A stretch of DNA of 64,000 bases, taken from contig JAQGDQ010000479.1 in NCBI GenBank assembly GCA_030141605.1, forward strand, positions 107,795 to 171,794. Direction: 5' to 3'. The translations under genes and the position numbers were made by a program. Below the pieces are notes generated by a model. It saw only the letters and a program-made list of their open reading frames with translations. It made no database searches and had not been told where the DNA came from. Source of the DNA: Tubiluchus corallicola (taxonomy: Eukaryota > Animalia > Priapulida). Below are positions 39,954 through 52,343 of the stretch, in pieces (the first letter of the stretch is position 1; each line of letters begins with the position of its first letter).

Positions 39954-40251
39954 ATTGTATCAATGATTGATTTCCGAGAAGGGAAGTATAATTACTTAAT
40001 CATGATTAAATAATGATTGATGACAACACTAAAATAGACAAAAATTCCGACAGCACCATTAGAATCAAGTAGCACACAGATAAAATATTCTTGTAAGCTA
40101 ACAGGGATTGGTCCCGGGGAAGGTCTGGAGCTCAAACTGTCGTTAATAGGAATAATACTTATGATTTAAAGCATGTGTACTTCCATATTCTATGCCGTCA
40201 CAAATCGTCTAAAATATCCCATAGGTGGCAGCACATGCCCAAACCTGATAA

Positions 40252-40773
40252 TCAACTGTCCGTTTTATTTTCTACCAGTTGAAGTTCCTCTTCTTTAGCA
40301 CGACTCAATTTCCGCTCCTCTTTATCCAAAGTCAGCGGATCCTGCTGACCGCCGCCGTCGTCGTTGGAAATCGGCTCCGTTGTTTGACAGTACGGCGGAT
40401 TCGCCGGATTCGCCCACGGATGGGGCGGCACGTTGGCGTTGTACGAATAGAACTTGAGCCCGGAGTGAAAGCGCCCGTAACGGGATCGCCAAAGCAGGAC
40501 GACGAACCACAGCGACACGATGCTGCCGACGGCACAGGAGACGGCAAGTCCGAGCATGAACCATCGCAACAAAGAGAAGATACCCTCACAGTTCGTCAAA
40601 TAATACACTAAATAGTTTTCGGGCTCGTCTTCCAAAATGCACCCACAGATGTCAGCACGTGTGGTATTGTTGCAGGCGGTGTAGTGGAAGATATTGATGG
40701 CATGCGCCAGCGGAAAGATACACGCTACTGCACACAGGAAAATACTAATGAATGACAGTACTGCACAGATGCA
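40252..40773 (-). CDS. SSPN: Sarcospan-like protein, coding exon 5 (TM3, Cys-rich loop, TM4, C-terminal tail)
   Basis: TTTCAG|CICAVLSFISIFLCAVACIFPLAH...TACNN..DICGCIL...LTNCEG...WFVVLLWRSRYGRFHSGLK; resembles vertebrate sarcospan C-x-C loop and W-x-x-RY-x-x-F-x-x-G. Confidence 0.85.
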   Translation of the reverse strand, partial: CICAVLSFISIFLCAVACIFPLAHAINIFHYTACNNTTRADICGCILEDEPENYLVYYLTNCEGIFSLLRWFMLGLAVSCAVGSIVSLWFVVLLWRSRYGRFHSGLKFYSYNANVPPHPWANPANPPYCQTTEPISNDDGGGQQDPLTLDKEERKLSRAKEEELQLVENKTDS

Positions 40774-40849
40774 CTGAAATAAAAGAACACAAGTCTTAGA
40801 AACAGCGGTGTTAGCTTAATCAAGTTATCTTAATTTTACATACAATTAA

Positions 40850-41309
40850 CCCTTTCATACCCGTTGTATCCTGCGGGATACGAGAATATTTTCTGCTTCT
40901 AAAATTAATAAAATTTTAAAACGGACAGTTATTTGATCTGTTAATAGTTATTTTGATTTAAGCCAATACCAATAGACTAAAAATGGTGATAAAATGGCAA
41001 ACTAGAAAATCTACATAGCATAAAAAACTGCGCAAGGTACAGTACTTTAGAGACGACTTTATAGAGATCAGCATAGCGTGCATACTAAATGTCTTAGATA
41101 CTTTAAAGAATTATCAGCAGTTGCAAAATGAAGCACATTTTATGCTTACATTGAATCTCAATGTATCCCGTGTGATACAGGCTATATTTAGCACGCGGGC
41201 ACAGGTAGAAAAAAATAATTATTATGTGTAAACAAGATGGACATGCTAAACAAAAGTACCAAGCCAAAAAAAATGTTTCTTATTAAAAAATAATTTGGGA
41301 CTGAAAGGG
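40850..41309 (+). mobile_element. piggyBac-type MITE
   Basis: TTAA|CCCTTTCA...TGAAAGGG|TTAA. Confidence 0.88.
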
Positions 41310-41419
41310 TTAACAAATAATAGTCTTTCTTTCTTTTATATCATCCCATATATGAGCTTCATTCATTACATCATTCCATTTTAAGCACTAATGTTTTTTT
41401 ATCACGATTCACTTTAAAT

Positions 41420-41645
41420 TTTCAGATTATTTCCATTACTTTTTTTCTTTCACTGTGTGGGACAATCTAACAAGCCCTGCTTTTTGATTGCCCGCAACAC
41501 ATTTACCTTCGTGTGTAAGTGAACAGTGTTTGAGGCTTTTCCTGTGCAGTATTTCTTATTTGTATTATATCCATTGTAGGCCCTTTCACTAGATATTGTA
41601 CATGAAACTATTGTAAATATGTAATGTGAAATAAATGAGTTATGA
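41420..41645 (+). mobile_element. LINE-like 3' UTR fragment; inverted copy nested in the MITE at ~43495-43715
   Basis: Ends GTGAAATAAATGAGTTATGA; its reverse complement interrupts the 43453-44134 MITE. Confidence 0.65.
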
Positions 41646-42743
41646 GAAATCTACATGACATTTAAAAATGTATAATTTTTACAACAACTGGGGGGGGGGG
41701 CGTATCAAGACTTTACGACGCCATAGGCTGATACTTCTGTCCCGTACAACTTCATTTTTTCAATTTTTGTTCGTTTATGTAATGAGCGGACTAAACAATT
41801 ACTTGTGGTATGTTAGAAACACTATAAACCTAATTTCCATGAGGTCATTCTCAATTACAATGTATTTGCATAGTGCTTATAATCAAGCAGGCTACTCAAC
41901 TGCTTGTGTGTAATATCTTGCACCTGTTGCTTATGTGGCATTTATATGAAAGCTGCTCTCAATAACTGCCTGTGGTGTGTTATCAGGTGCGCCCTTTACA
42001 TGAGTATGAAAGTTAGACATTTTCCGAGGAGAATAAGAATTTTTTCCAAAATGTCACGCCCCCAAACTTTGGCGCCCTAGGCTATAGCCTAGCTACCCTA
42101 TTGGTTAAGACACTCCTGACAATGGCACACTTGCAGGACAAGTGAGAATAACACTAGAGAGCTGAGCACCACACGAAAATAATAATTAAAATTAATAATA
42201 GTTAGAAATAATGATTTAATAATGTAATTCAAGGGTAGTCGACAATGAGCCTATTCACAGTTCCAGCGATTGATGATGATAGTGAAAAGGTCAAAGGTCA
42301 AGTGTAGCAGACAATGAATTTGTGTACACTCGACAATACCTCGCAGCCCAAGCTATGGTAATAGTAACAGTTTTAACAGCTACTAGAACCTTACCTGGTT
42401 CATTTTTCTCGTTCTCAAGCAAGATCCTGCTAGTAAATCACTCTATGCACAACTAATGTATAATTAAGTAAAATTCACCAAAACAATTGAAATTACTGAA
42501 CTGGTGAAGCAGACAGCTTTGCTTTACCCATAGTTGTAATTAAGACGCGTTGCCGTGGCACACTTAACCACTTTGACCTACAACAACGGCGCGTGTGCAC
42601 GACGAAACTTAGCGGCTTACTAAGGAATTCATGTACAAATAAGTTATAGATAAAGAAATTTTAACATATCATTATATCGCATAAAAAGATAGATCATATA
42701 TTTGAAGAAAATTCCTTTTTTAGAAGCTGATAAGTGGCGCCCG

Positions 42744-43109
42744 GGGCACCCGCGATATCTGCCACACCCTAGATACGCCACCGAGTCTTGGGCACCCGCG
42801 ATATCTGCCACACCCTAGATACGCCACCGAGTCTTGGGCACCCGCGATATCTGCCATACCCTAGATACGCCACCGAGTCTTGGGCACCCGCGATATCTGC
42901 CATACCCTAGATACGCCACCGAGTCTTGGGCACCCGCGATATCTGCCACACCCTAGATACGCCACCGAGTCTTGGGCACCCGCGATATCTGCCACACCCT
43001 AGATACGCCACCGAGTCTTGGGCACCCGCGATATCTGCCATAGCCTAGATACGCCACCAAGTCTTGGGCACCCGCGATATCTGCCACACCCTAGATACGA
43101 CACCGACTC
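42744..43109. repeat. Minisatellite, 46-bp unit, 8 copies
   Basis: GGGCACCCGCGATATCTGCCACACCCTAGATACGCCACCGAGTCTT; looks like a DNA-transposon right end plus flank. Confidence 0.92.
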
Positions 43110-43452
43110 TTTGTCAGACGTACGTTCACATAACAGCGCCACAATTTACACATTTAGATATTAAAGTTTGCATGAAATTTTGTTGGAAGAAAAATTTACA
43201 ACTGGACCGGGAAAATGAAGTTCACACATTACAACTGTTACGATGTATTGGGTTTCATTGTAATTTCATTCAATGTTGCTTTTTTGCAACAGTCCACAGT
43301 TTATTTTCTGTTGAGAGAGTTAAAATAACAGTTGTATCAGCATCAGACAGTCAAATAAATAGTTCTAAACGGCAGTCACGTGACTCAATGCTTGTCTAAA
43401 ACTTTGAATAATGCAGTTTTTTTAAATTAAATATTCGAAGCTCAGTATTTAA

Positions 43453-44134
43453 CCCTTTCATACCCGTTGTATCCCGTGGGATACGAGAATATTTTAGTCA
43501 TAAGTCATTTATTTCACCTTACACATTTACAATAGTTTCATGTACAATATCTAGTGAAAGGGCCTACGATGGATATACTACAAATAAGAAATACTGCACA
43601 GGAAAAGCCTCAAACACTGTTAACCTATACACGAAGGTAAATGTGTTGCGGGCAATCAAAAAGCAGGGCTTGTTAGATTGTCCCACACAGTGATAGAAAA
43701 AAAGTAATGGAGATTATTTTGTGCCTTTAAAATTAATAAAATTTTAAAACTGACAGTTATTTGATCTGTTAATAGTTATTTTGATTTAAGCCAATAACAA
43801 TAGACTAAAAATGGTGATAAAATGGCAAACTAGAAAATCTACATAGCATAAAAAACTGCGCAAGGTACAGTACTTTAGAGACGACTTTGTACAGATCAGC
43901 ATAGCATGCATACTAAATGTCTTAAATACTTTAAAAAATTATCAGCAGTTGCAAAATGAAGCACATTTTATACTTCCGTTGAATCCCAATGTATCCCGTG
44001 GGATACAGGCTATATTTAGCACGCGGGCACAGGTAGAAAAAAATTATTATGTGAAAACAAGATGGACATACTGAACAAAAGTACCAAGCCAAAAAAAAAT
44101 TTCTTATTAAAAAAATAATGTGGGACTGAAAGGG
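43453..44134 (+). mobile_element. piggyBac-type MITE with a nested retroelement fragment
   Basis: Same TIRs; ~220-bp insertion; 31-bp flanking duplication. Confidence 0.85.
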
Positions 44135-44592
44135 TTAAATTAAATATTCGAAGCCCAGTATTTAAACGAATTAATGACGAAATACAAGGCAAACTTACTT
44201 CAGTAACACATGAAAAATGAAGAAAAATGAAAAATGCAGTTAATTAAAAAGGTTACTGAGCACGAAAGATTAAAAAAGCATTGCGAATGTGAGACGAATA
44301 GGTGAGATATCACTGCGCGTGCACTAACACAACGCCAAGCAATGTCAAGTCTTGCTAATAAATGGATTGGTGACCACAGGGAATGCTTCTAGGCGGTTAA
44401 ATATGTCACAGTTCTTCCGACTAATTACAGTGAGGTGGCGCGTGTACTACTCATCCAATCAAAGGTAAGACATATATGCCAATTCAACGTCTCACTAGAT
44501 TCCAGTTCTGCCACAAGCAAAAGAAAAGGGTTCCAAAAAGTGAAATACAGCAGAATTGGAAAAAAGTCACGAAAAGAAGGTAAAATACTCAC

Positions 44593-44679
44593 CTTTACTA
44601 CGTAAGCTCGGTTGTTTCCAGTCCATGCGTCAAACTCCACTATACAGAAGTACAGACCTACCAAACCAGCCAAAAACAA
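44593..44679 (-). CDS. SSPN: Sarcospan-like protein, coding exon 4 (TM2)
   Basis: TTTTCAG|LFLAGLVGLYFCIVEFDAWTGNNRAYVVK|GTGAGT; 87 nt, phase 0/0. Confidence 0.82.
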
Positions 44680-45018
44680 CTGAAAATGGACAAAAAACAG
44701 CTAAATTTGGTGCCACTATACAGAAGTACAGACCCACCAAACCAGCCAAAAACAACTGAAAATGTACAAAAAACAGCTAAATTTGGTGCCACTATACAGA
44801 AGTACAGACCCACCAAACCAGCCAAAAACAACTGAAAATGTACAAAAAACAGCTAAATTTGGTGCCACTATACAGAAGTACAGACCCACCAAACCAGCCA
44901 AAAACAACTGAAAATGGACAAAAAACAGCTAAATTTGGTGCCACTATACAGAAGTAAAGATCCACCAAACCAGCCAAAAACAACTAAAAATGTACAAAAA
45001 ATAGCTAAATTTGGTGCC
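44638..45018. repeat. Minisatellite, 76-bp unit, 5 copies, spanning the exon 4 acceptor
   Basis: CCACTATACAGAAGTACAGACC.ACCAAACCAGCCAAAAACAACTGAAAATG.ACAAAAAACAGCTAAATTTGGTG repeated. Confidence 0.92.
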
Positions 45019-45779
45019 TAGTGTCTTTTTTCTTGCTATCTTTTCTACGCAAGTTTCAATTTACATCAATAAATCAGCGGCAAAACGGCGTAATGAGACG
45101 CAAGAGGTTCCGAAATTCCAAACAGATGTGGGGAGGTAATTACGTCTCAAAAGATTGCAATCAGGAGTCTAAATGTATCAAGGATTAAGAGGAGAACTTG
45201 GTATAGATGCCATAAGCTCTCTTCAATTCAGGGATGAAAATGACAAATTGCTAAAAACTCTGAAACAGGCCGTGGGTTTGGGGGCCACGTAGGCAACAAC
45301 AAATTGCAATTTTGTTACCATAGAGAACCTCTAAATGGACTTAAAATATCAGTTACCTTGTTTCATGCATAATTTAAAATACCCAACTATCAAGGATACA
45401 TGATACCTAATTGTCTCAAAAACACCTAAGTACTGGCCGCTCCTATGCAAAAGTATATAAAAACTGTCTGCAATTGACTCAAATAACTCCGCACAATTGA
45501 TTCTATATTTTTATACATAGAGATCTACACGTGGTTACACTGATGTACGTGATGTAAACAAAGTGATGGCCTGCCAACTAGCGGTCAGTTTGTGAAATAA
45601 TGTACTGGGTCTGTAAAAATTTTCTCAACGAATTTACGCAATTTACAAAAATGGCACTAGTGGTCTTCCAAAAACTCGGAATTCTGCGTATCCGAGGGAA
45701 AATTGTCATCCCTGTTAAAATAGGGACCAAATTTGACTACATGGATATCAAAGCGCTACCAATAAGAAGATAATATGTC

Positions 45780-45990
45780 TTAAAGGAAACATCAAACCTT
45801 CTAGGAGGTTTGGCTTATTTCAATGTTCACGAAGAATGTTAGAAGGATTTTGTAATAAGCGTCTCATGTAATTAGTAAAATCACTTTGAAGTCGCGATCT
45901 TTTCATGTTTGGGCGCTGCCATTTTCAATGCGCATTTTTCCACCAATGACGTCATTCGTCCTGAAGAAAAGTAGCGCACTGTCAATCTTC
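45780..45990 (+). mobile_element. Kolobok-like element end; inverted copy at ~59472-59669, related fragment at ~14310-14400
   Basis: TTAA|AGGAAAC terminus; the reverse-complement copy ends GTTTCCT|TTAA. Confidence 0.55.
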
Positions 45991-46261
45991 ATCAAAAGTA
46001 TAACAAGCTAAAAAAAATAAGTAGCTAATTTTGTAATATTTTCGCGTGAACATGAGGTAAGTTTGAATTAGTTTCAGAAGCGCGCGCTTACGGAAAGCCA
46101 CGACTCGCTTACGGAAAGTTACGAAGTCTCTCAGCTATGTCATGATTTTCAAGTGAATGGCGGCAACCACCACGACTGAGCATTTCTATTCAGCGGTAGA
46201 GTATTTTAAATTTGTACTTTATAAACAGTTCTTTGCAAATTTCTTTGTTATATTTTTCTAA

Positions 46262-47301
46262 ATTTAAGTGATAACAGTAAAATAAACCCAACATGCTAAG
46301 TGACTTGTTCTTTCCTTTAGCACACCGCAAACAGTTTAAGTGATAACAGTAAAATAAACCCAACAAACTGAGTGACTTGTTCTTTCCTTTAGCACACCAC
46401 AAACGGTTCAAGTGATAACAGTAAAATAAACCCAACGTACTGAGTGACTTGTTCTTTCCTTTAGCATACCACAAACAGTTTAAGTTATAACAGCAAAATA
46501 AACCCAACGTACAGAGCGACTTGTTCTTTCCTTTAGCACACCACAAACAGTTTAAGTGATAACAGTTTTTGCAAATTTCTTTGTTATATTTTTCTAAATT
46601 TAAGTGATAACAGTAAAATAAACCCAACATACTGAGTGACTTGTTCTTTCCTTTAGCACACCACAAACAGTTTAAGTGATAACAGTAAAATAAACCCAAC
46701 GTGCTGAGTGACTTGTTCTTTCCTTTAGCACACCACAAACAGATTAAGTCATAACAGTAAAATAAACCCAACATGCTGAGTGACTTGTTCTTTCCTTTAG
46801 CACACCACAAACAGTTTAGGTGATAACGGTAAAATGAACCCAACATACTGAGTGACTTGTTCTTTCCTTTAGTACACCACAAACAGTTTAAGTGATAACG
46901 GTAAAATAAACCCAACGTGCTGAGTGACTTGTTCTTTCCTTTAGCACACCACAAACAGTTTAAGTGATAACAGTAAAATAAACTCAACATACTGAGTGAC
47001 TTGTTCTTTCCTTTAGCACACCACAAACAGTTTAAGTCATAACAGTAAAATAAACCCAACATGCTGAGTGACTTGTCCTTTCCTTTAGCACACCACAAAC
47101 AGATTAAGTCATAACAGTAAAATAAACCCAACATACTGAGTGACTTGTTCTTTCCTTTAGCACACCACAAACAGTTTAAGTCATAACAGTAAAATAAACC
47201 CAACATGCTGAGTGACTTGTTCTTTCCTTTAGCACACCACAAACAGTTTAAGTCATAACAGTAAAATAAACCCAACGTACTGAATGACTTGTTCTTTCCT
47301 T
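46262..47301. repeat. Minisatellite, 72-bp unit, ~14 copies
   Basis: TTAAGT(G/C)ATAACAGTAAAATAAACCCAACATGCTGAGTGACTTGTTCTTTCCTTTAGCACACCACAAACAG; gives the 24-aa repeat ORF 46190..47341. Confidence 0.93.
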
Positions 47302-47684
47302 GAAAGATTAGTTCAGTACAACAACGAATTTTGAAAGTCAAAATAAAGGAAGTTTACACTTCTAGACATGAGCTTCAAACTTTTACAGAGCAGGGATTAA
47401 GAGCTCCTTAATCACAAGTCTCGAATCTGTTACAGAGAGTTGAAAACAACTTTTTACACACATTTCAAGTGCACCAAAGAGAAATGTGTGGTAGACAGCT
47501 CATTAATGGCAAACGCAAAAATAGAATGGTTTGTACTATGTGACAGTAACTTCTTAATCATAAGAGTACGAGGGAGAAACACAAAGGCCAATTTCCTTAA
47601 TCATAAGTTTTATTTATAAAACAAAGTGTGTGAAAAAAGATATGGGTTAGAAAACACTACCAATTAATCACCAATTAGATGTGC

Positions 47685-48238
47685 ATCAAGTGGCAGGACA
47701 AGGTGCCAGACACAGAGGTACCTAAAAGAGCTGACCTCCCCAGCATCCATACACTCCTCCTCAAAACACAAGTTCGGTGAGCAGGACATGTGATTCGCAT
47801 GCCAGAAAACCGCATACCAAAGAAGATGCTCTATGGAGAACTTGTGTCTGGAAAGAGAAAGGTTGGACGACCAAAGAAACGCTTCAAAGACAGCCTGAAG
47901 GCCTCACTCAAGGAGCTCAGCATGGATATCCGCTCAATGGAAACCCTTGCACAAGATCGCTCAGCATGGCGGAGTGCCATCACCACAGGGGCTAAGACAG
48001 CAGAGGCGAAAAGAATTGAGGAGGCAGAGGAGAAGCGCAGGAGACGCAAGGCATGTGACACTGCCCAACAACAGGTCCAAACACCCAGCCTCACCTGTGC
48101 CAAATGTCAAAGAACTTTCCAGGCCAGAATTGGCCTAGTCAGTCACCTTCGAGCTCATCAAAGGAATGACAACCCCCCAAACTGACCCTTTATCCCTGTC
48201 GCTATGGTCATCTTCGATTCGAAGGACGAACATCATCA
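47685..48238 (+). mobile_element. RTE-clade LINE, 5'-truncated 3' end with an in-frame stop
   Basis: IKWQDKVPDTEV...QVR*AGHVIRMPENRIPKKMLYGEL...GRPKKRFKDSLK...DRSAWR...CAKC...RIGLVSH, short 3' UTR, (CAT)n tail. Confidence 0.9.
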
Positions 48239-49255
48239 AAAGTGCATGGAAGAGAAAGATCTGGATCTGGCGACTCCTTAATCATAAGTTTCAAAAACAC
48301 GAAAGAAAAAAATCTGGATTAGAAGTAAGTGACGAAGAAAGAAGAAGGCGTGAGAAATACAAACAGATGGCTTCTTGGTCACAAATTTCAAGTGGATTAA
48401 AAAGAAATTAATGAATTAGATTATTGGAAACACGTCACCTCTAATCACAAGTGAAATAGCAGAGGTATGGGTTGCAGAACAAACTACTTTTTACCTACTT
48501 TTTAACCTCAAACTCCAAGGGCACTAAAATCATTTAAATTAAAATTACTAACTTACAATGAGTACTTTCTGGAAGAATAAAAATACTAAGATTAACTATT
48601 TGTTCAAGTATTCCTTGTGTTTCGTAGCAAAAGAAGCAAACTGAACAATTAAATCTACCAACAGCTGCAATAAAACCATTTAAAATAAACCCTTAAAGTT
48701 GTAAACAGTTTAACGAAGTGCTTAAATAGTTTGTCAGTTTTATAAACAGAAGGGCAGCTCCATGGTTAGGGTGATAAAATGATTTCTTCTTTTAATTTTG
48801 TTTTACTTTTCTGCCGATTTATGTTGACGGTGTTTTTAACAGGAACATAAATGCACGTTCAACATAGCGGCAGTGATGTAGCAAGTGCTTGTGGTGCTCT
48901 CGGGGGGGGGGGGTACTTTTGGTGCCCTACCACTTTAAAAAGTTTTGATCATTTGGATTAAGCCACAAATTGTGCGCGTTTTGCGTCCCTGAGCCCGACT
49001 CACCTTTTTGACATGATGGGATAAAGAGAAACGAATTTCTTTCTAAGAATCACCCTGAGTTTGATTTCCGGTACAGCAGCAGAATAACTCTTTTCTATAC
49101 ATTAGTTACTCATAACACGACAGTCCCTAAACATTCAGCTCCAGCATTAAAACGTGGAAAGATTATGAAAGATACAGAACACTACAGGTTTTCACAATAA
49201 TACAATCAGCATTTAGAAAAACGTCACTTTTTCTCCTAAAATTATTAATCTGCTA

Positions 49256-49624
49256 AGCGCAAGGGTGAGAGGGCGCAAAATTCGTCTAAGAGTTCAATGA
49301 CTGTTAATTATTAATTACTAATCCGACATTAACAAAAGTTCTCAAACTACAACAAAATTGCTTAATCAGAGATCATCTTAGCTAATTTAATTACTACATA
49401 CAGCCTGGAAAATAGGTTAATGTTGTTACTTAACAGCGTGTTTAGGGTTAAGTAACAACATTAACCTATTTTCTAGGCTGTACGTAGTAATTAAATTAGC
49501 TAAGATGATTACTGATTAAGCAATTTTGTTGTAGTTTGAGAACTTTTGTTAATGTCGGATTAGTAATAAATAATTAACAGTCATTTGACTCTAGATGAAT
49601 TTTGCACCCTCTCACCCTTGCGCT
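49256..49624. repeat. Long near-perfect palindrome (arms ~179 bp, 12-nt spacer)
   Basis: 49256-49434 is the reverse complement of 49447-49624 with scattered mismatches. Confidence 0.92.
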
Positions 49625-49718
49625 CGGGGCGATTCCCCCCCCCCCACGTGAACTACGTTAATGGTAGTTGCATACCCAGGAAAATTACCAAAGGAAGTTA
49701 CATCTAAATTTCAACTAC

Positions 49719-50660
49719 ACACGAGGGTACTTCAAAAAGAGGCAGGAAGTAAATAGAGTAACTTCCGTTTTGGAACAAAATTGTTTAGTATAAAACAGAT
49801 TGTCCGCAAGACGATCAATAGAAGAAAGAGGTGGGAGACCATCGAAAGGCGTGCTGTTGCTTAATGACAACGCCCCCGCTGGGGTGACAGTGGAATTTAA
49901 GTGTAGCTTTCAACTGTTCCCCCCCCCCCCCCCGGGCATCTTATTCACCCAATTTGGAAGTCTGACTTCTACCTCTTTTCCCAATTATACCACTGAATGA
50001 CCATGAAGCCATCCATGATGTTCAGGAATATCTGGAAGCTACCACTGAATGACCATGAAGCCATCCATGATGTTCAGGAGTATCTGGAAGCTACCACCAA
50101 GTGATCATGAAGCCATCCATGATGTTCACGAGTATCTGGAAGCTACCACTGAGTGACCACGAAGCCATCCATGATGTTCACGAGTATGTGGAAGCTACCA
50201 CTGAGTGACCATGAAGCCATCCATGATGTTCAGGAGTATCTGGAAGCTACCACTGAGTGACCATGAAGTCATCCACGATGTTCAGGACTATGTGGAAGCT
50301 ACCACCAAGTGATCATGAAGCCATCCATGATGTTCAGAAGTATCTGGAAGCTACCACCGAGTGACCATGAAGCCATCCATGATGTTCAGGAATATCAGGA
50401 AGCTACCACCGAGTGACCATGAAGCCATCCACGATGTTCAGGACTATCTGGAAGCTACCACCGAGTGACGATGAAGCCATCCACGATGCTCAGGAGTATC
50501 TGGAAGCTACCGCCGAGTGACCATGAAGCCATCCACGATGTTCAGGAGTATCTGGAAGCTACCGCCGAGTGACCATGAAGCCATCCACGATGTTCAGGAC
50601 TATGTGGAATATCTGACCTTCGTATGTAAAAGAGATAAGGAGATTAAACATGAATGGAAC
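49719..50660 (+). mobile_element. Decayed mariner-type element
   Basis: TIR-like ACGAGGGTACTTCAAAAAG; remnants KGVLLLNDNAPA, SYSPNL and SDFYLFP of a D,D34D transposase. Confidence 0.65.
49989..50610. repeat. Minisatellite, 52-bp unit, ~12 copies, inside the mariner relic
   Basis: ACCACTGAGTGACCATGAAGCCATCCATGATGTTCAGGAGTATCTGGAAGCT repeated. Confidence 0.93.
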
Positions 50661-51356
50661 TCCTGAAGCTGGGCACTGATGAAAAAAATTACGAAAAAAA
50701 TCATTCTCCTGTGTCGTTTTTTGGGTGAGGATCCAGTTGAACTAAAATTCTTGGCTGCAGCTAATGAGAGGGCGTTCAAGCGATGCAGCGCCGCCCCCTA
50801 GCGGCACAGACGCCAGCTGTTTAATATTGTATATGATATGATTGAAAGTGATATTTGTGTTGAAATGACACAAGACTCAGAAACGCCATGTCTGGGTTAT
50901 CGCGTCTCGCAAGACGCCACTCAAATCGTCTTATCTTCTACGAAAGCTCATGAATAAATCATCGAGAACGACCATCAACACGGAGAGACACAATTGCATA
51001 ACGCAGCGGAAGTGACGTCACGCGCGCCCCCTGGGAACGGAATTGTTTATTGAACAAACTAAGAAATGCGGCGGTTGTCGTCTTAATATTATTTACTGTT
51101 TGTGTTGAGACGCATTAATATTGCATCAGCTTGCTCCCCACTCTGCCATGTAGAATAATTTGCTATAAAGAGTGACTTTCTCATGTTACTGTTTTCTGAG
51201 CCAGCAGATGGCAATGCATTAGCGCAGCTGTCTTTTTGGTCTATTTGTATAAATACACCACGAAACAAGACAGCCTAAACAGACATAATAAATACTAGGC
51301 CATCTCAGCTGGACTTCTATTGAAAACCCTATTGCCACTACATTAGTTACGTTTAA

Positions 51357-52113
51357 AGGAAAACTGGACGATTGTTTAGACTCAATCTCATTATAATTTA
51401 CTTTCCAAAATATGCATTTTTGTTGCCTATAAAAGTTAGCAATTGTTTCTTATATTTGAATAATTAGCTTAGAAAGTTAATTAATGGTAACCGAACACAG
51501 CTATTGCTTACGTCAGAAACTAACCACTGTTTGTGCAATGGCAGGCGTCTTCCCTTGTGCGTCAAGCACGTTTGCAATAAGTGCTATTGCTTAAATGCGT
51601 GATATCACAAAAATGGGCTCTACATCATATGACGTCAGAAATTAGCACAGCAGCTTCTCTTTCTTATATTTGAATAATTAGCATAGAAAGATAATTAACG
51701 GTAACTGAACACAGCTGTTGCTTACGTCAGAAACTAACCACTGTTTGTGCAATGGCAGACGTCTTCCCTTGCGTGTCAAGCACGTTTGCTAAGTGCTATT
51801 GCTTAAATGCATGATGTCACGAAAATGGGCTCTACATCATATGACGTCTGAAACTAACACTGCAGTTCATGATCGTGCTTATACGATACCACCTTCTATT
51901 TGTCGGCCACGTGAATGTGACAAAACGGCGCAGTTGCCAATCTTAGTAGATTCACTGAGTCGCGCGTAGCTTTAAAAGTTTAACAAAATTTGAGTGTCCG
52001 AGGTAATTATTATTTAATATAAACTTTGATTTAAAAAAAAGCTCTTGTAGTTTTCAATATTTTAGAGCATTCATTATTCTGAATTCGTGTTTACACAATC
52101 ATCCGGTTTTATT
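51357..52113. mobile_element. Kolobok-like non-autonomous element with an internal ~210-bp duplication
   Basis: TTAA|AGGAAAACTGGACGATTG ... CAATCATCCGGTTTTATT|TTAA. Confidence 0.65.
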
Positions 52114-52343
52114 TTAATGTTGCATTTGTAATTACAATCTTGGATACATTGAACTACATTTTTAGGCGTTTAAAAATCAATTACCAATACGCACCATTAT
52201 CTAATAATTAATCGATCAAACATTTAAACAACCTTGACCATAGGTTTTCATTTGACAAGCTCACCAGATGGCGGTAAGAAATTTGACCCCGTCTCATGTT
52301 CTAGCTTTCTTCCCCAGAACTGATGCAGTAATTTATTATTTAA

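Noticed and set aside
47400-48452. Recurrent CCTTAATCA(T/C)AAG motif with variable spacers
   Set aside because: Irregular spacing and degenerate copies; best read as an old decayed tandem repeat interrupted by the RTE.
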